A stretch of DNA of 64,000 nucleotides from Octopus sinensis (Eukaryota): assembly GCF_006345805.1 (NCBI RefSeq), contig NC_043008.1:60574001-60638000 (forward strand). Direction: 5' to 3'. Of the stretch, positions 55,535-64,000 are shown piece by piece (positions within the stretch are counted from its first letter, which is position 1; each line of letters begins with the position of its first letter). The notes beneath the pieces are model-generated. The model saw only the letters and a list, made by a program, of their open reading frames with translations, did no database searches and was not told the origin of the DNA. Position numbers and translations under genes: made by a program.

Positions 55535-55900
55535 CGAGCTGATTTAATTGTTAGCACACCGAGCCAAATGCTTAGCGGTATTTCGTCTGCCGTTACATTC
55601 TGAGTTCAAATTCCGCCAAGGTCGACTTTGCCTTTCATCCTTTCGGGGTCGATAAATTAGATACCAGTTACGCACTGAGGTCGATATAATCGACTTAATC
55701 CGTCTGTCTGTCCTTGTTTGTCTCCTCTGTGTTTAGCCCCTTGTGGGTAGTAAAGAAAGAGGTATTTCACTTGTCTTTACGTTCTGAGTTCAAATTCCGC
55801 TGAGGTCTACTTCGCCTTTCACTCTTTCGGACAGGATAAAATAATCTCGAATTGAGAACTGGGGTACGATGTAATCGACTTAACCCTCCCCCGAAATTAC
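55535..55900 (+). mobile_element. Composite SINE A: diverged head, younger unit, then diverged remainder
   Basis: Junction AAAGAAAGA|GGTATTTCAC at 55760/55761. The remainder has the alternative CCCTCCCCCGAAATT tail. Confidence 0.88.
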
Positions 55901-56286
55901 AGTCATTAAGTTTAGAACTTCCACATTTGTAACTGAATTTTTGAAACGTAATGACTCTTAGTGGCTGAACTAAAGACTGCAGTTTCCCAAATGACTTGAA
56001 GATTTTATGTATTATAGCATTTTTGTCTAAAATATATTAATGAGTTTAATATATTCATTGACTCTCCTGTCTTTGCGGATAAACTAAGCCTCCACGATTT
56101 CTTGCTGATCAACCTGCAATGATGCTTTGATAAAATATTTCTGCTGCACATTAGTTCCCTTCTTCCATCGAATTGATATTGCCCGTACAGGTGATTCGAA
56201 CCTACGAGGGTGCGATCATAAGTACTCCACACTATCCACTATCCAAGTAAGTAACGCGCACTCATTTTTATATATTGATGTATTAA

Positions 56287-56490
56287 GGCGGCGAGCTGGC
56301 AGAAACGTTAGCACGCCGAGGAAAATGCTTGGCAGCATTTCGTCTGGCCAAACCGCTTGAGTTCAGATCCTGCTGCGGTCGAGACTTTGTCGAGACCGAT
56401 AAAATAAGAACTAGTTGAGCACCGGGGCCAACGTAATTGATTCATCTCCTACCCAGAAATTGCTGGCTTTCTGCCAAAATTTGAAATCAA
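56287..56490 (+). mobile_element. SINE A, alternative-tail subfamily
   Basis: GGCGGCGAGCTGGCAGAAACGTTAGCACG...GCCAAAATTTGAAATC. Confidence 0.85.
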
Positions 56491-57217
56491 TATATTGATA
56501 TACTAATACGTTAATATATAGTGTTAATTTGTGATGTAGTTTAATGTTTTTTGTTGTCTATTGTTTCAGGCTTTTGGTAATGATTAACCCATTCTGTACA
56601 TATATCTATATATATACAGAATAGGTTATATATATATATATATTCAGTGTTTGAAAAATCGTTTCATTTATTTTTCAGATTTAAATGTTTTCAGCTGATA
56701 ATAGTAGGCACAGTGTAGCCGAATCTTTTGGAGTTCGCTTTTCCACCACTACGTCACGGTACCAATTCAGCGAGCATGTCGCTTTGGACAGGTGCAATTT
56801 TCTATATCTTCGAGTCGATTCATATTTTGTAAGTGAAAGTGAAACTGACAGACTCCGCCTAGTCACATTTTCACGCCGATTCTACTTAGAATCACATTTA
56901 GAGTACCCTTACCTGTGAAATAATAATATATTTACACCCTAATTCTAGTAGCCAAATGGTTGAAATTTTTCCCCTGACATCTCGTTTTATAATCGGATGT
57001 TATCTGCCGCGCTTTGTGTGTTCCGGTCCACATATAGTTCAGGGATTTTGAAATGTAGATACATAGACCAGATGTGACGTCAGTGACAATTGATAATTTC
57101 ATAATAAAACCTATGTAGCATGACCACTGTAGAGAGCAACCATATATTTTATACAGCGTGGAAAACCTACATCTATTTTATAAATACAATCATAAATATG
57201 TTGTGTATCTTATATTC

Positions 57218-57535
57218 GAGGCGCAATGGCCCAGTGGTTAGGGCAGCGGACTCGCGGTCAGAGGACTCGCGGTCAGATGATCGCGGTTTCAATTCCCAGA
57301 GCGGACGTTGCGTGTGTTTATTGAGCAAAAATACCTAACGCTCCACGAGGCTCCGGCAGGGGGTGGTGGCGACCCCTGTCATACTCTTTCGCCACAACTT
57401 TCTCTCACTCTCTCTTCCTATTTCTTGAGTAACGCTGCGATGGACTGGCGCCCCGTCGAGCTGGGGGGAACACATACGCCACAGAAACCGGGCCCATGAG
57501 CCTGGCTAGGCTTGAAAAGGGCGCATAAATAATAA
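57218..57535 (+). mobile_element. SINE family B, chimeric
   Basis: Head and body as in the 47648 copy, tail as in the 48967 copy; internal 15-nt duplication GGACTCGCGGTCAGA. Confidence 0.9.
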
Positions 57536-58469
57536 TATATTGGGGCGGTGTACCTCGGCTACAGTTTCGAAATTCTTAAGCTATCACTATAAGCTACTTT
57601 ACAAGTAAGTGACTATGGAAGAAGGATAACGGGGAATATATGTTAATAATCATAAACGATTTTACGCGTTCTCTTTATAAAATTATTTCTTTTTTCACTT
57701 TCATCGGATTTCCTATTAGTTTCCTTAATACACCTAAAATGCACTCAGCTATTATTCTTACATTGTTCTCTTCGTGTTCGTATTGTATTTTTCTGTTGGT
57801 CTATTAATAATATATGTTGTTGATTAGTCTTTGTCTCACACTGTCGATCTCTTTAGCTTCACTTAGTACTTCGCTGGTGCGAGAGAATCTAAATGAACCT
57901 CACATTAGATACATTACCATTGATAGTTGAGAGGCAGTGTAGACGTTTTTTCTTCTTTTTTTTTTGCTTCGATGTAAGCATATGAGTGGTATATTTGTGT
58001 CAATGGTGTAAAAGGACGCGACCTAGCTGTCATTAGCGATATGAATGTTTATGCGAAATACTTGAGTGTATGATGATATATAATCTTTAGTGATAGATTA
58101 AGAAAATTTCTTAACATCTCCCCGACTCCAAGAAAAAAATAGAAGTAGCAGCTCATACGAAACTAAGAAAATTAACACTCGAACAAATAAAAGTAGAACA
58201 GAATAGTATTATTTTAATACAAGAAATTTTAAACAAACAATGTACTTTCTCTGCGTATGTGTGCGTATGCATATACAAATGATGAGACATACATACACAC
58301 ACACACATATGACATATATATGTATTTATACATAAAAGATTGCGACTATACGTATGCATCCATTCATGTATAGGGCACTTTATACAAACGCCTACATTAG
58401 CATACTCCTGTACGCAAATATATATTCAAAATACGTGAATGAATATTTGTAACAATATACGAATTGTTG

Positions 58470-58565
<96 letters not shown>

Positions 58566-59193
58566 GCATATTAGTATGGATTTGTGTGGCGTAAAGTGTG
58601 TGTGCACGCGTGCAATATCAATGTGAGGGAAAGACAGAGAGAGAGAGGGAGAGGGGGGGAAGAGGAGGGAGAGATGGTGTGTTGGAGTGCGTAATAAACC
58701 GTACAATAAATCGTAATTTTCTTTAGTAACCTGACATTTTACTAGTATTCGTAACAGCAGCAGCATCAACAGCAGCAATAACAACATCAGTAGCCGCAGC
58801 AGCAGTAGCAGCAGCAACAGTAGGAGCCCCAATTACCAGCAGCAGCACCACCACCACCACCACCACCACCGCCTCAATCCCAACAACATCTCCTCTAACA
58901 ACCCCCGCCATTAACAGCACTAACATTATCAACTACAACAGCAATAACGAAAGCAGCAGAAGTCGTATTGTTGGTGGTAGTCGTAGTAGTAGTAGTAGTA
59001 GCAGCAGCAGCCGCAGCAGCAGTAGTAGTAGTAGTCGTAGTAGTAGTATTAGTGATAGATAGCTAACGCGTAAATGTCAGGTTTAGGTTGGAAAAATCGA
59101 TAATTCTTTAAGCAATGTGCCTGGATATCAACATGAATTCTTGGAGAAAAACATCGGCAAAAGAAAGCCGCTGTTGCTGTTGTTGTTGTTGTC

Positions 59194-59250
<57 letters not shown>

Positions 59251-59800
59251 GCGGCGAGCTGGCAGAATCGTTAGCACGCCGGGCGAAATGCTTAGCCGTA
59301 TTTCGTCTGCCATTACGTTGTGAGTTCTAATTACGCCGAGGTCGACTTTGCCTTTCAGCCTTTCGGGGTCGATTAAATAAATACCAGTTATGCACTGGAG
59401 TCGATGTAATCTACTTAATCCGTTTGTCTGTCCTTGTTTGTCCCCTCTGTGTTTAGCCCCTTGTGGGTAATAAAGAAATAGGTATTTCGTTTGCCGCTAC
59501 GTTCTGAGTTCAGATTCCGCCGAGGTCGACTTTGCCTTTCATCCTTTCGGGGTCGATTAAATAAGTACCTGTTATGCACTGGAGTCGATGTAATCTACTT
59601 AATCCGTTTGTCTGTCTTTGTTTGTCCTCTCTGTGTTTAGCCCCTTGTGGGTAGTAAAGAGATAGGTATTTCGTCTGCCGCTACGTTCTAATTCATCGGG
59701 GTCGATGAATTAAGTACCAGTTGCGTTCTGCGGTCGATTTAATCGACTGGACCCCTACCCTAAAATTTCGGGCCTTGTGCATAGAGTAGAAAAGATTATT
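59251..59800 (+). mobile_element. SINE A trimer after (TTA)n
   Basis: Junctions GAAATA|GGTATTTC at 59480 and GAGATA|GGTATTTC at about 59664. The third unit has the alternative tail. Confidence 0.93.
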
Positions 59801-59817
59801 ATTATTTTTATTATTAA

Positions 59818-60025
59818 CGCGGCAAGCTAGAAGAATCGTTACCATGGCAGAAAAAAATGCTTAGCGGCATTTCAGTCAAGTGTAAGTTCTGAGTTCGAAT
59901 TCTACCGAGCTTGACTTCGCCTTAATCCCTTTCGAGGGTTCATAAAAGAAGTAACAGTCAAGAATTCGGGCCGATGTAATCGACTTGTCCCTTCCTTCCA
60001 AACTGCTGGCCTTATGCCAAAATTC
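59818..60025 (+). mobile_element. Diverged SINE A
   Basis: GCGGCAAGCTAGAAGAATCGTTA...ATGCTTAGCGGCATTTC...GTTCTGAGTTCGAATTC. Confidence 0.8.
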
Positions 60026-60029
60026 CCCA

Positions 60030-60950
60030 TCATCATCATCATCATCATCATCATCTTCTTATCATTTCTTCTTCTTCTTATTTTTAGTTCTTTATTCTTA
60101 CCCTTATTTCTTTCTTGTTCCTTCTTTTTAAACATTCATCATTTAATTTCCATTCTTCTTTCTTTCATTCTTCTCTTTCATTATTCATTCATTCATTATT
60201 TCTCATTCATACATACTATTTCTCCATTCATTCCTTCTTATAATTCTTCCACTTCTTTTATTTACTAATTCATTCTTCTTCCCCATTCTTCATCATTATT
60301 CCCCATTAATTCTATCACTCTTATGCTTTTTCCTCACCTTTTATTCCTATATTCATTCATTGATTCATTCTCTCTTCTTCTCTTTCATCCATTCACACTG
60401 TCGCTTCTCCATCCGTCATCAAATCATTTATTCATATGAGTTTCCCTTATTCATTTTCTTACACCCCATGCGTCACTTACTCATTTATTCTTTTTCCTCA
60501 TTCATTCACTCCCTCTTTTGCTTCTTCTACATCCTTCTTCTCTACTCATTCTTCTTCCGAATATAATCACCCTTTCGTCTCTTCTCCGTCTTTCGTTCAA
60601 TCATTCATTCATTCACTTCTCCCTTCTTCTTGATACTCTACATGCTTCATTTAATTACACGTACTTTTTCCCCAATCTTCATTCTTCATTCTCCTTACTC
60701 ATTTCTTCACTCACTCTACTCCATCACTAATTCACACCTTCATTCATTCCTACTTTTCATCCTAATTTTTCAGCATATTCTTCATGCTTCATTTCTTCTG
60801 TTATTCTTTTATTCTTTCATTCACCTTCTTCCTAATTCTTCATTCTACTCCTTTGTACACTTCTCTTTTTTTTTATTTTATTTTCTTTCTTCCGTTCTAT
60901 TTTATTGCATTTGTTTTTCCCTTTTCTTTCTATACATTCGTAATTCTTTG
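60030..60950 (+). repeat. About 0.9-kb pyrimidine-rich degenerate (TTCA/TTC)n tract
   Basis: Almost G-free on the plus strand. Confidence 0.9.
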
Positions 60951-61551
60951 GCATGAAATCCAAAGTAGAACGGGTGAAGCTGATTCTATCGCTGCCTTCT
61001 GGCATAAAGTGCTAGATAACTTGATTAAAACTTACTTTATTGTTCCGTAATTTTGTAACTGCTACAGGGTCAGCATATTGAGTGAAAACATACAGTGCGA
61101 TGCACCAGAAAAGGGAGAGCAATGATAAAATAGTCTGTGCAGTTGATGTTGGCAAATAGTACTGTGTCAGAATTACTACATTGGTAATAGTAGTTTTGGC
61201 TGTTGTAAGTGTTGACTTGGTAGCACACACTTGTAATACTGTAATAGCATTATTTGGCGAATTGCAGAAAGAAACAACGGAACAATGCGTATATCGAATT
61301 GATTAAGTATTACTACGTATATACTTATGTGTGCGTAGATTGAAAACACACACGCATATAAGTGTGTGTGTATGTATGTATATATATATATATACATGTA
61401 TGTGTGTGTGTGTGTGTGTGTGAGTTTGAATATATTCATACGACACACATGCATACATATTTATGTTAATACTTACTCACACACCCACATATGTATATAT
61501 ATATATATACGTGTGTGTGTGTGTGTATAAATATATTTGTATATATGCATG

Positions 61552-61583
<32 letters not shown>

Positions 61584-63139
61584 TATGCATATATATGTAT
61601 ATATATGCATATATATATGTATATATATATATGTATATATATATGTATATATGTATGTATATATATACGTATGTATGTATGTATGCATATGCATTTATAT
61701 GAATACATATTCATCCATACACTTATAAACGTATGTATATTTATATGTATTTACATAACCACACACAGAAGTATAGAGTTATAAATTTGCAGACAGCCGT
61801 GTGAAGATCTTGTCTGGGTGCATTCAAATGGTTGCTAGTTCATATCGTTTAGTAGTAGCCGCGCCCGGCGTTCATGCAGAAGCCACTTATCGCTCATATA
61901 ACAAAGTTCGCAGATCTGTAAATAGCAACTAACTAGCTTAGTAATCCATACCATTCTAAGCCGTCATAATGTTTTGAAAATGTTACGTGTTGTGTTAGCC
62001 TACTGTGCTAAATATCAGCTAATCCCTCGAGTTGGAGGGAATCGTGGCAGAATGACTTGTCCTAATTAGACTTGTTGCAGTTACAGCCAGGTTATTTTGT
62101 TTTATCCCCAAGATGCAAAGTGTTAGAGTTACCATTGAGTTGCCCTCAATAGATTGCATAAGGGTAAAAATGTTACTGAATCAAACCAGTGATGCAATCT
62201 TGAGAGATTTATAACTGATTTTTTCTCCCAGTAAAATGCTTAAATGCAAAATAGCAATCGTCAATCCCATGAGACAAAGTATGAGATTAGAATATAGTTT
62301 GCCCTCGGTGAACAAAATGATGCCAAGTTCGTCAGTGTTGCCTCCACGGCACGTTAGTACTGATTTCGTCTTCACTAAACTGCGTCACGATGTTACGGCT
62401 ACAACTATCACGACATAACAGAACTTGAGTTTGAATAGAAACGTTAGTTGACTACCCAACACTTAGTGTCTAGTTTTCATTTCACCTTAATTTTAAAGAT
62501 TATGTAAATTCCAAACACCAAAATATTTAGCTAGCTTCCTGAACACCCAATTACGCAACGAGAGTCCTTTTTACCATGGTAAGTCATGATAGTATCGGAT
62601 TAATCTTTAGTAAACTACATATTGATGAATGCTGAAAGTGAGAACATAAACTATTGTAATTTTACTACATGGAGATTAAATAATGAACTCTCATTACTCA
62701 GAAAGCGTACCTTTCTGGACTATTTACCTCTTTCAGATATTTCACATGTAAATCATTTTCACTGCTGTGACTAAGATTAATTTCCGTCTTTTGATCAGAA
62801 CTTTAGCATTCTGATATAAGTAGAGACGAATACTAGACTTAGTTGAGTTTCCAGGGTGCTACAGAATAAAACATACCGACGGTCTACTGTTCAACTTCGA
62901 TTAAGCTGCTTTAAATCTAATCAAAAGCTGTAATCTGTAACTATTAGCTAATATATTTAATATTTGCTGGTATAGTCACACGAAAACCGCAGGAGGGAAT
63001 CGCAGTTCTATTATCTGATTAAATCATTTCTTGATAGGAAAAAATTCCTGCTACATGGAAGTTTAGAGAGCACTCTTGGAAGTCTCAGTCTATACATTAT
63101 TAATACGTACAAGAACAGCAATGAAAATAATTGTTTTGA

Positions 63140-63345
63140 ATTCTTGGCATAAGGACAGCAATTTTAAGGTGAGGAGGCAAGGCCACATCATCGACTAACA
63201 GTGGTCAACTCGTACTTATGTGATCGACCCCGATTCGATGAAAGGCAAAGGCGATCTGAGTGAGATTTGCACCCAGAACATAAAGCCGGAAGAAATGCTG
63301 CCAAGCGTTTTAGCCGACGCTCTAACGATTTTTCCAGTTTCTCAC
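63140..63345 (-). mobile_element. Diverged SINE A
   Basis: GATGAAAGGCAAAG...CCAGAACATAAAG...CTAACGATTTTTCCAG. Confidence 0.75.
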
Positions 63346-63349
63346 TTCC

Positions 63350-63571
63350 TATAATACTAATGACAATACTACTACTACTACTACTACTACTACTACCACT
63401 ACTACTAATAATAATAATAATAATAATAATACTGATAATATTGATAATAATAATGATTATACTAATAATAATGATAATAATAATAATAATATTAATAATA
63501 GTAATAATAATAATAATAACAATGATAATAATAGTGATAATGATAATGATAATAATGATAATAATAATAAT

Positions 63572-63639
<68 letters not shown>

Positions 63640-63842
63640 GGATAATAGGAGTCGGGAAGACACTCGGCAAGAAATGGAAGCAAATTTGAAAGAAGAAAAA
63701 AAAAGTAATAAAAAAAAATTAATAATAATAACAATAATAACGATAATGATAACACTACTACTACTTCCACAACAACTACTACACTACTTCTACTACTACT
63801 ACTACTGCTACTACTAATACTACTAATAATAATGATAATAAT
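63350..63842 (+). repeat. Compound trinucleotide microsatellite (ACT/AAT/AAC)
   Basis: Direct inspection. Confidence 0.95.
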
Positions 63843-64000
63843 CTGCTGAATATTGAATTACTAGAAGTGCCTTTTTCTGGTTTCACGAATTGAACTTAGA
63901 ACTCGGTATTACAAGCTAACGTATTCTAGCTTTGTTGCTACAGCATAGAGCAATGTATTATGCCGCTACACTGCCTATTTAGAGGGAAGTCGTCTCATCT

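Overview
AT-rich, microsatellite-saturated eukaryotic DNA with no intact protein-coding gene. The repeat content, three tRNA-derived SINE families plus very dense (TA)n/(CA)n/(TAGA)n, resembles Octopus (coleoid cephalopod) intronic or intergenic DNA; this is inferred from repeat style. Nearly all supplied ORFs are translations of simple repeats or SINEs. The recognisable protein remnants are all from mobile elements: a Helitron PIF1 helicase piece (41910-42143), a CR1-like LINE ORF2 C-terminus (41430-41777), a Penelope-like (PLE) ORF C-terminus (21086-21295) and a probable RTE end. The most interesting signals are: (1) several different short elements in TA/CA microsatellites carry minimal type-I hammerhead-ribozyme motifs, including U3-A8 covariant cores, often as inverted pairs or perfect palindromes; (2) one SINE family repeatedly forms dimers and trimers with a fixed junction in its anticodon-arm-like loop, suggesting self-targeting; (3) one SINE insertion carries, inside its 19-bp TSD, a copy of about 200 bp of DNA from 1.4 kb upstream; (4) there is a candidate recursive-splice exon on the minus strand at 4970-5025. 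All calls are by eye; nothing was searched or folded computationally.
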